This document shows, one piece after another, positions 40,601 to 51,183 of a stretch of DNA of 64,000 nt. The position numbers and the translations under genes were made by a program. How positions within the stretch are numbered: the first letter of the stretch is position 1; each line of letters opens with the position of its first letter. Source of the DNA: Rebecca billardiae RCC1528 (lineage: Eukaryota > Protista > Haptophyta); contig OZ251253.1 of assembly GCA_965240325.2 (NCBI GenBank), forward strand, positions 496,001 through 560,000, in the 5' to 3' direction. The notes beneath the pieces are model-generated. The model saw only the letters and a list, made by a program, of their open reading frames with translations, was not told the DNA's origin and searched no databases.

Positions 40601-42674
40601 CGCGCGCCCGCGCCGCTACCCCCGCCGCCGCCGCCACCGCCGTCGTCGTCCGTGTTTCGGTACTGCGAGTGCAGCGCAAAACGGCCGACGGAACGGGCGC
40701 CGCCGACGTAGGCCCAGCGGTTGACGGCGCGGCCGTCCTCGCCGACGCCGTGGTCGTCCGGGCCCACGCCGCCCTCGACGACGGCGGTGGTCCCCGTCGT
40801 CGCCGCCACCGCCACCGCCGTCTCCATGATCACGTCCAGCTGCCGCTGCGTCGCGCGCGTGCGCAGCCACACGACCAGCGAGCGGCGCGCGTGCGTGAGC
40901 AGCTCAAACAGCTCGTGCTCGGGCACCGCAAACTCGTCGGGGTACAGGTCCATGTTCCACTCGTGGCTGCGGGCGGGGGTGTGTGTGTGTGTGTGTGCGT
41001 GTGTGTGTGGGAGAGAGGAGGCATGCGCACGCCGTGAGCCGTGCCGCGCGCGCGCGCGGCCAGCCGCCCAGTGGCACGCGCCCCGGCGCAAGCAGCCGGC
41101 GGGGCAGCGGCCACCGCTGGGCCATGTGCGGGGGGGGGGGGGGTGTCGTGTGCAGGGGGGGGGGGCAGGGGCTCGTGTGCGCACCGCGTGGAGAGGAAGG
41201 CGAAGGCGGAGACGAAGGTGTGCGCGAGCGCCGCGTCGAAGCCCTCCTCCGACTTGCACCAGTACGCCAGCAGCACGTGCGCCTGGATGTTCGCCATCAG
41301 CTTGGTGTTCTCGTCCAGCGTCGAGTCGTCGATGCGCCCCTCGCACTCGGCGACCAGCTTGCGGTGCCACCCGCTCAGGATGGCCTGCCGGGGAGGGTTG
41401 GGGGGAGGGGGGGGGGGGGGAGGGGGGCGCGCGTGGGCGTGGGGGCGCGTCGTACCGGTCGGCGCGGGGGCCTACGGCTACGCAGAGGGCGCGAATACGC
41501 GCGGCCGCCCCGGAGCGCGCGCGAGAGAGAGCGCACGCGAGCGCGCGCGCGCGCACGCACCTGCAGCGGCCCGTGCAGCACGGCGCGCAGCTCGGTGCGG
41601 AAGGCGGCGAGCAGCCCGCGCACGCTGCGCAGCTGCTGCGCCGGCAGCCCGCGGCACTGCGAGAGCGCCAGCGTCTCGTGCGAGCCGTCGGCCAGCTTGA
41701 GCAGCAGCGAGAGGTGCGCGTCCACGCGCGCGCACAGCCGCAGCACGTACAGAATCACGGTGGAGGTGCTCGCCTTCACGTGGCCCGTGTCCAGGTCCAC
41801 CGCCTGCGGGGGGGGCGGCGGCGGCGGCGACGGGGGCGGCGCGTCGGCCGGGCGGGTGAGCGTGAGCGCGCGCCGGGGACAGCCGGCGCCGCGGGCGGCG
41901 GGGGAAGGGTCGGGGCCGCCGAGAGGGCGCGCGGCGCGGGCGCAGGCGGCGCAGCGCACGCCCCCCCCCCCCTCTCGCCCCCCCCCCTTCTCTCGCGCGC
42001 GCGCCTGCTTGGCCAGCCGCACGAGGCTGGTGCGCAGCACGGCGGGCGAGTGCACGAGCTCGTTGAGCAGCAGCCCGTGCGCCGTGGCGAGCAGCGCGGG
42101 CTCGGAGGTGGGGACGTCCGCCACCTCCGAGCCCGCGTGCGCGAGGGGCAGGTGGTGGGACGGCTCGAAGAAGGCGCCGTCCAGCACGTCCTGAGAGCGC
42201 ACACACGCGCGCACACGCACGCGCACACACACGGCCCAGCACACACACACACACGCACGCACACATGCACGCACACGCACACACACACGGCGCAGGGACG
42301 GGCGTTATGCGGGTGAGCGGCGGCAGCGGTGGGCGTGCGGCGCCGCGGTGTGCGCGCGGCGGCGCCTGCCTCGGCCCCAGGGCACCGCACCCACACACAC
42401 ACACACACACACCGCGCTCCGCACCTGCAGCTTTGAGCTCTGCAGCGCGTGGATGCGGTCGCTCTGCGAGAAGAAGGCCGCCAGCAGCGGGATGCGCAGG
42501 TAGGGCGCGGTGAGGTACGACAGGAGGAGCTCCGAGTCGTGCTGCCCCAGCGCCTTGGCGTTGCCCACGTCGAGCGAGCCAAAGTCCGGGAGGTCCCACA
42601 TGTGCAGCACGTCGTCCTCCTGCGAGCGGCAGCCGGCCGGCCGGTGTGCGCGGCGGGGCGGCGCGCGGCGGCAT

Positions 42675-42706
<32 letters not shown>

Positions 42707-45015
42707 GCGCGTGCCGCGCGCGGCGCGCGCGCACGGGGGAAGGGGCGGAGGCGGCGACGCGTGAGCGCGGGCGGCGCGGACGCGCTCTACGGGCGCGCGG
42801 CCCCGCCCGCGTGCCGCGCGCGTGCCCCGCGACCACGCGCGCGCGCGCGCGCGCGCGTCCGCGCGCGAGGCGCGCGTGGCGGGCAGGCCGGGCGCGAGAT
42901 TGCAATCTCGCGCGCGGCGTGCGCGAGATTGCAATCTCGCGCGCGCTGCGTGCGCGCCCCACGCACCGTCTCGGCGTAGTAGGGCTTGGTGTACTCGGAC
43001 GGGAGCGCGAGCGGCGGGAAGCGGTACGCGGGGGGCATCTCGCCGCGCCGCAGCTTCGGCCGCGTGAGCAGCTGCATGCCGTCGTACCTGCGCGCGCGCG
43101 GGCGGGGGCGGAGCGCACCTCAGCGCGCGCTCGGCGCGCGGCGGCGGCGCGGCGGCAGCGGGCGCGGCTCGGCGCGCGGCCGCGCGGCGCCGCACCCCTT
43201 GACGATGAAGCGCTTGAGGTCGGGCTTCCACTCCCAGAGCAGCTCGGCGTGGCGCTGCGTGTACGCCGGCTCCTGCGTCTGCGGCAAGTAGTCCGTCTGC
43301 GGGTTGAGGAACAGCTTGAGGTAGTAACCGACGTCGCGGTACACGGACCATTCCGGAAAGTTCTTGCCCACGAGCGCGCGGTCGTCCGACACGTAGAGCG
43401 GGGTGATCGCCTTGCCGAGCGGGAAGGCGAGGCAGCGGCAGAGGCCCTCGAGGAAGCGCGAGACGCCCGACTCGAGCTTGTCGCTCTTGTCCCAGTTGAA
43501 GATCGCCGTCGTCTCACCCGCGATCCCCTCGAAGTAGTCGAGCGCTCGCGAGCGCGCAATGTTGAGCTCTGGCGAGTGGCACACGACGGTGGCGGCCTGC
43601 TTGGCGAGGTTGCCCGGCGTGTACGCGTAGCCGCGGCCGGGGTTGGCGAGCTCGGGCGGGCCCGCGCCGCCGCCCATCAGGTGCAGCGACACCGCGCTCG
43701 GCGCGTCCACCGCCGCCTTGCGGATCACCGCGTCCGCCACCGCCGCGATGCAGAGCGCCACCACCATCCGCACGCCATCGATCGGGCGCGTGTGGTCCTG
43801 CGAAAAGACGGACGCGGCGAAGTGCTCGAGCACGCGGCGGAGCAGCGTGAGGCACTCGAGCTGCGTCTCGTAGTCCACGTCTGCGCCGCGCGGGGGAGGC
43901 GGGGGCGCACGCGCGTGAGTGCCGGGCGCGGAGGCGGCGGGGCTTTGCAGTGCGCAGCAGCCGAGCCGAGCGACGCGCGCGTCCACGCGGCCGCGCGCAC
44001 CCTCCTGCCACACGCACGCCTTGCGCACGGCGGGCGGCGCGTTGGGCGGCTCGGGCATCGGCAGCAGCGAGGTGAAGGTGTGCTGCGCCAGCGCCACCAC
44101 CAGGTACGCCGTGTTCTTCACCGCGTGGCTCTGCACCGCGATGAGCGTGCACAGCTTGTCCGCGTGCCGGATGGCAGCGACCGCCTCGACGATGGAGCGC
44201 ACGCGCGCCGGCTGCTGCAGCAGGTCGATGGGCACGTAGGTGGGGAGCAGCGTGTGCGCGCCCGCGTCGACCGGGCCGCGGCGGAGCAGCCGGTCCGCCA
44301 GCGCGTGCAGCTGCGGCGTCGGCGGCGGCGGCGGCGTCGACCACGGGAAGCGCATCGGGTGGCGCATCAGCACGCGCACGCCGTCCGCCGAGATCAGCCT
44401 CCGAGATCGCCCCTCCAATAGCACGATCGTCGGGATCGACTCGACGCGGAAGAGCTCGCCGAGCTCGGCGCGCGCGCGCGCGTTGGAGAAGGGGACGGAG
44501 AGCCACGGCATCGTGCCGAAGTACGCCGCGTGCTCCGCCTCGTCGTGGTCGCTCGAGACGAGCACCACCTCGAACGCGTGGCCCGCGCGCCGAAGTTTCG
44601 CGTAAACTTCCTTGAGCGCGGGCGAGAGAGAGCGGCAGGGGCCGCACCACGACGCGCCAAAGTAGAGCGCGACGACGCCGTGCGCGGCGAGGGTACGCTC
44701 GGCGAAAACGTACTGCAGCGCGCTCCCCGCGCCGCCGCGCAGCGCGCCGCCCTCGCCGCCCGCCGCCTCGTCCGCCACGCCGCCGCCGCCGGCCGCCGCC
44801 TCGGCCGCCGCGGCCGCGGCCGCGACGGCGGCGACGCTCGCCGCGCCGCCGCCGTCCAGCGCCTTGGCGTCGACGGGCGGCGCGCGGCGCACGCGCGGCA
44901 GGCACTTCTCGTCGTCGCAGAGCACGTCGAGCTGGCCCACGCGCAGCGGGCCCGCCGCCTCGCCGCCCTCCGCCGCGCCCGCGCCCGCCGCGCCGCCGGC
45001 CGCGCCGCCGGCCGC

Positions 45016-45046
<31 letters not shown>

Positions 45047-48000
45047 TCGGCCGCGGCCTCGGCATTGCGCTCGAGCACGTCGCCTGGGCGCGCCGAGGGC
45101 GGGCGGGCGCAGCGCGGGGCGCGGGTGGGGCGCGTGAGGCGCGCGCGCGCGCGCATCGCGCCGCCCGCGCGCCGCGCCGACCGAGCGCGCGCGGCACGCC
45201 GGGGCCCGCGGGCTCGCGGCGCGACGCGCTCGCGGCGTGGCGCGGCGCTGCGCGGCGCGGCGCGGCGCGACGCGGCGCGGCGCGGCGCGGCGCCGCACCG
45301 AGCATGCGCGTCCACGAGAGGAGCTCGAGCTCGCGCTCGGCCTCGTTGAGCACGAGCGGCGGCGGAGCCGCGCTCGAGTCCCCCTCGCCCGTCGGCAGGC
45401 CCGCCATCTGCCCGCGCACCTGCAGCAACGAAACGTGCAAAGCCACCAGCTGCGGCAGAGTCAGAAGCTCGGCCTCGGAAGGCGCGCCGCCCGCGCCGCC
45501 GCCGTCGATGGCGGTGTCGGCGTCGGTGGCGGCGAGCGCGGAGGAGGAGGCGGCGACGGGGGGCTCGCCGCGCGCGCGCGCGAGCGCGGCCGCCTTCGCC
45601 TCCTCGCGCGCCACCTGGCCCAGCGCCGCGGGAGGCGCGCAGGGGGCCGCGCGCGCGTCAGCCGCGCGCGGCGGCGGGGCTGGCCGCGCGCACGCGGCGG
45701 CGAGGGCCGCCACCAGGCGCGGCGCGCACACACGCGGCACGCACGCACGCACCTGCACTTTCTGGATGTACGTGACCGACGGCGGGCGCAGCGCGGGCGC
45801 GCCCGCCCCCTGCAGCACCACCCCCGGCTGGAAGCCGCCGCCCCTCTGCCCGCTCGACCCGGGCTCGGGCGTAACCGCCATCGTCTCACGTAACGTCCGC
45901 AGCCCAGCCTCAGAGCCGCGCGACGGCGCGGGCGCGAGCTTGGCGGCGTGGTGGGCGACCTGGCGGAGCGCGATCTCGAGCACGCGCCGCTCCGCGCCCG
46001 ACGCGGCCGTGACGAAGTGCAGGTCGTGCGCCGCCATCGTGAGCATCTCGAGCCGCAGCTGAGGGGCGGGGGGGAGAGCACGAGGGCGCGCGCGAGCGGC
46101 GCGCGGCGCCGCGGCGCGCGCGCGGCGCGAGCGGCGCGGAGGGCGGCGGCGGTGAGCGCAACCGGCCGCGGCGGCGGTTGAAGCATGGCGGTGCCGCCGC
46201 GCGGGCGGCGGCGGCGGGCGTGCACGCGGCGCGTGTGCGTAGCAGGGCGGCGGCTGCCTCCGCCCTCGACGCGCGCGCGCGCCCGTGCGCGCGCGCTGCG
46301 CGCGCGCGCCCGCGTCCGTGGCGCGCGCGCGCGCACCATCAGCATCACTCGCTTGCGCGCCGCGCGCTCGACGCCGCGCGCGCCGAGCAGGTAGCGGAAG
46401 GCGTGCGTGATCGTGCGGTAGTGCGCCGTGCTCGACTTCTGCGCGGACATCGCCGGCGGCACCGCCCCCTCGTCCGGCGCGCCCCCCTTCTCCGCCGCGG
46501 CCGCGCGCTGCTCGCGCAGCGCGTCCGCGGTCGGCCGCCCCACGAGGAAGGAAAGTAGAATCTCATACAGCAGCCGCGTGGGCGGGTAGTGGAACTGGCT
46601 CGGCTTGCCCGCGGTCACGGCGCAGTACCACGCGAGGCCCCAGAACGCCTCGTCGCACGCCTGGGGGCGCAGGCGGGCGCGCGCGGGCGGCGCGCGCGCG
46701 CGGGCGTCACGGCAGGCGCGCGCGGCGCGTGCGGCGCGGCGCGCGCGGTACGCGGCGTCGGCGCGTGTGCGTGCGCCGCGCGCGCCGCGCGCGCCTTTGC
46801 CCAGGGCACCCGCTCCAGCACGCAGCACGTCTGCCAGCGCAGCTTGGGCGGGCTCGCGCGCGGCGCGTGGAAGCCGAGCAGCGCGGGGTCGGTCGAGACC
46901 ACCACGAACCGACACAGGGTCGGGTCCTCGCGGTCGCGCTCGACGACGTAGAGCACTGGCAGCCCGCTGATGGCTGCCGGGAGCAGTCGGGACTCGCCCG
47001 GCTTGCACCGGCGCAGCTGGGTGAGCAGCACCTGCAGGTACATCCGCGGCTGGTTGTTGCTCACCGCCTGCACGTACCGGTGCCCTGCGCGCGGCGCACG
47101 CGCGCGCGCGCACACCGAGGGGGGGGGGGGGGGGCAGGCGCGCGTTGGCCTGGGTGGCGCGCGCCGAGCGCAGCCGAGCGCAGCGCTCGCGCGGGGGCGG
47201 GCAGAGGCGGGCGGCGCAGGCCGGGGCGAGGCGGCCGGCGGCGGCGCGCGCGAGGCGCGTGGCGCAGCGCAGCCCGCCCGCGCGGAGGGCCCGCCGCGCG
47301 GATCGCAGCCCCCGCCCCAAACCCCAGCAGCCGCGCGCGCCCGCGGCCGCACGCACCGAGCTTCTTGGCGTCGTCGAGAGACAGCAGCAGCGCGTTGCAC
47401 GCCTGCCACACGCCGTGCGAGAGGCCCGCGCCGAAGAGCGAGCCGAGCGCGCGGTTGGTGAGCATGCGCTGCAGCGCGAGCGCGAAGAACTCGAGCGAGG
47501 TGTGCGCCGAGCCCGAGCCCTCGAGGCCGGTCCCCTGCACGCAATGGTCCGCGAACGCTGCCACGAACGTCGGGTGAAGCCATGCGGGCGGAGGCTTGCC
47601 GTACAGCGGCTGGAGCGACATCTGCGCGCGCTGCGCCGCGCGCGCCTCCTCCGCCTCGTCGGCGAACTCGTCGGTGTTGCGGATCTTGAGCAGCTCGCGC
47701 CGCACGCGCCCCTCGTCCTCCCACCGCACCGTGCGCAGCGCCACGTACTTGACGCACACGCCGCACGCCTCGCGCTCGCCCGACTCGCCGGGGAGCAGCG
47801 CGCACAGCTTCGGGTCGATGGCGAACGCGGCGTTGATGGCCTGCCGCTCCTTCTCGCGCTTCGACTTGGCCTCCGCGTCCGCGTCGTCCGAGCGCTCGTT
47901 GCCGCCGTCGCCCTCCTTCTTCTTGCCCTGTGCGCGGCGCGGCGCGAGCACGCGCACGCGCGCAGGCGCGCGCGCGCGGCCGCGCGGTCGGCGCGTGTGC

Positions 48001-48053
48001 GCGCGCCGGGCGCGCGCCGGGCGCGCTCCGTGTCTCTCGCCCTCTCCCCGCCT

Positions 48054-48097
<44 letters not shown>

Positions 48098-49862
48098 ACG
48101 CGAGGCCAGGGCGGCGGCCGGGCGCGCACCTTCGCGTCGCGCTCCTTCTTCGGCTCGAGCTTCACCACCGCGCACGTGCGCCCGTTCACATACGTGACCA
48201 ACTCGCCGGGCTTGCGCGTCACCACGAGCCACGCCCAGCGGCCGGGCTTCATGGCGGTCTCGGCGGTGCCGACTTGGCCGAGCGCGCCGACGCCGCCGTT
48301 CTTGAAGACGCCCACGGCCTCCTGCGCGCCCTTGCCCTCCGCCGCGGCCGCGGGGCCGCCCGTGAAGAGCGGCAGCGAGGTGGTCGGCAAGTTGTCCACG
48401 CTGCCACGCGCGGCGGCAGCGGTGCACACGCGCAGTGGCGGCGGCGCACACGCGCGGCGCGGCGCGGCGCGGCGCGGCGCGGCGCAGCGCGCGTGGCGGG
48501 AGGGATGACCGGCGTTGAGGCGTGGCACGCGCGCACGGCGCCGCCACACGCGCGGCCGCGGCCGCGGGCGGGCAGCGAGCTGCGGGGGCCAGCACCACGC
48601 GCACGCCACCGCGGCCACGCGCAGCGTGCACGCTGCCCGCCGCCGCGCAACGCGCCGCGCAACGCGCCGCGCAACGCGCCGCGAGCCGCGCCGCGAGCCG
48701 CGCCGCGCCGCGCGACTCACCGGATGGCGACCACGAGAGAGTACGTGTGCAGCTTGCCGTCTTCCTCCACCGACCACGACGTGATGCCGTGCTCGTAGCT
48801 GGCGCGCGCGGCGCGTGGCGCGGCGGCATCGCGCGCGCGTCGGCGGGTGGGGCCGCGCGCGCGCGCAGCGGGAGGCCGTGCGCGCGCGGGACGCGGCCGG
48901 CGCGCAGCGCGGTCGGCGCGGCCGGGCGGCGACAGCGACAGCACAGCGCGCACCCGAGGTTCATCGTGAGGTGCGCGCTGTCGTCCGTGGGCATCTGCAG
49001 CGAGGTCGAGCCGTCCTCGTCCGAGACGAGCGCCGCCTCGGCGCCGGAGGTAAACTGCAGGCCTGCGCGCGCCGACGGGGGCGCGAGCGCGCGCGCCGCC
49101 GACGGGGCGCGGGCCGCTGCGGTGTGAGCACGGCGGCGAGGCGCAGGGGATCGGGGCGGCGGCGCGGGGGCCGCACGCCGCGCGCGCGCGCACCCTCAGG
49201 CGGGCCCTGCCCAGCTCGGAAGTCCGCCACCAGCCCCACCCGCTCCGCCCAGCCCGCGCCGTAGCTGTACGAAGTGCCGCCGCTGTCGCGGCGCGGGCGG
49301 CGCGGGCCGACCGCCGGGCCTCCGAGCGACGAGTCGGAGTCCGAGTCGGCGCCGACGCCGACGCCGACGCCGTCGCCGTCCGCGTCCGCGCCGCCGCGCC
49401 GCGTCGACGCGCCCGCGCCGCCCACCACGCCCTTGGCCAGGTCGATGGTGCCGGCGCCCTCGTCGCCCTCGCCCCACGGAGCGATGCCGCCCGCTGCGGC
49501 CGACTGCAGCGCGGGCAAGGTGCGCGGGGCGGCGTGGGTTGAGCGGCGCGCTTGGCGCGGGCGGGGGCGCCGGGCACGCGCGGCGCGGGCGCGCGCGCAC
49601 GCTGAGGGCCCCGAGAGCGCCGCGCGGCGCGCGCGCGCACCTTGGCGTCGTCGTCCTCGCGCCCGTACCCGCCCTCGTCGTAGTCGTCGTACAGCCACAT
49701 CGGCCCGTAGCCACCGCCGTACCCGCCGCCGCGGCCGCGCTGCGACTGCTTGGCCAGCTTGGTGTCGGAAGCATTGTCGAATTCGGACTGCTCATTCTTG
49801 TTGTCCGTGCTGAACTGGCCCTCGTCACCGTCGTTGGCGCCGAACGGGGCGCCGCGGGGCAT
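21987..49862 (-). CDS. Giant (~7,148 aa, 32 exons) multidomain DUF3638/DUF3645 SF2-like ATPase with LamG, thioredoxin, dynein-MTBD-like, Tudor, EF-hand and ankyrin domains
   Basis: Manually spliced exons: 49862-49641, 49503-49194, 49062-48954, 48798-48721, 48400-48130, 47927-47357, 47084-46795, 46660-46337, 46058-45753, 45614-45299, 45083-44001, 43880-43196, 43087-42967, 42619-42425, 42190-42005, 41803-41561, 41384-41185, 40966-39814, 39573-39469, 39383-39250, 38958-38748, 38508-35383, 35213-32097, 31970-29669, 29394-27476, 27305-27167, 26858-25659, 25434-25287, 24958-24408, 24064-22796, 22706-22608, 22450-21987. Every junction conserves phase; the total is 21,447 nt. Motifs: LLFEFIHNLLLRKAQ...QMLMGGGKTTV (DUF3638) and LAIPFVGKDVPARASEFAHPDVIIGLTVLAYRYEGL (DUF3645). 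Confidence 0.85.
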
Positions 49863-51183
49863 TGCGAGCAGCGAGCAGGAGCCGCCTGTGGCGGCGGCGG
49901 CGGCGAGGGTGGGCGCGCGCGCGGACGGGTGCAGACGCGGCGCACGCAGCGGCACACGCGGCGGCGGCGTGAGCCGAGGGGCGCGTCGAGGCCGACGCGC
50001 GGCGGCCGAGGCGCGTATCGCAGCAAGACGCGTGGCCAAGCGCACAGCGGAGCCGCGCGTGCGCCTCCGTGCGCGCGCAATCACCGCGCGCGCGCGCGGC
50101 GACGCGGCGCGCCGGGCGCGGCGGCGCGCGCCATGCGCGGCGCGCGGCCGCGGCCGCACGTGGGGACGCGGCAACGGGCGCGCAGTGGGGCACGCGCACC
50201 TCACGTGGGTGTCGCGGCGGGATGCAAGCGTCACGTGCGCGCGCGCAAGCGAAGGAGATGGCGCTGCTCTGCTGCTGGCGCCGGCAAGCGCCGCAAAGAA
50301 ATCTCGCGCCCGCCGGCCCCGGCGCTGCCCATCCCCGGACACCGGGCGAACGGCGGGACGGGGCCGCCGCCGCTGGGCGAGGGCGCACGGGCCGGCGAAA
50401 AGAAAAGGACAGGGCCAGGTCGCTCAGGGCGCGACTGGCCGCACGCTGCAGGCCTGGTCCTCGCCGCAGCAGCCAGCAGGCGCCCCGTCCAGAGTACACG
50501 CCTTAACCAAGTGTGCACGGTAAAACATAGTAAAATGTAGATCTCGGATCTAGAAAGACGAACTGCTTGCTGCTAAGTCGTACAGGCAATCGCGGGCTGA
50601 ATTAGAATAAGGAGCTGCCACGTTAAGAAACTGGGGCTTGCTAGTCTGGCGGCCTAGAAACTGAGACTAGCGATTGGCTGCTGGTTCGCTATACGCATAT
50701 AGTCACACTAAGAAACCGGGACCGTACGTCGTCGCGGCTGACGAGTGGTCCGCCGAGCGAGGCGCAGTCGGCCTGCGTGGGTCAGAGTCGTGGGACGCTG
50801 TGTGCGGCCCTACTACGAGTACAGGCCAAGTCCCTGCGACTTATTAAGTCTTAACTCCTGATGACGGACTCCTGGCCTGAGTGGCCAGTGCACAGCAACA
50901 TCCGCCATGCAACATCATACTACTCACCGCAATCGCGCCGGCACCCGCACCCGATACAGCGGGCAAGCCACCATTTTGCCGCGCGTTTTGGCGGATGTCG
51001 CCGTTGGGCTCTCGTCGTAGAATTAAAACAGGCCGTATAAGTATAAGCGAATGGCAGCAAGCACGTCGTCATCTAAGCATTGTCCTGTCGGGCCGGGTTG
51101 CTGCTACTGCCGCCAGCGGGGGTGGGTGGTATATGCTCAGCCAGTGCTGCTGTGTGGCTGATAGGTGAGTGATGGTGCAGCCA

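Noticed and set aside
22021-49813. Many long + strand ORFs opposite the giant gene (e.g. 35176-38754, 32256-35063, 29523-32030)
   Set aside because: These are antisense shadow ORFs expected at very high GC; they are Arg/Ala-rich and motif-free.
21987-49862. Several separate genes (nucleoredoxin, calmodulin-like, ankyrin protein, Tudor protein)
   Set aside because: There are no internal stops or intergenic-like gaps, and all segments splice together in phase.
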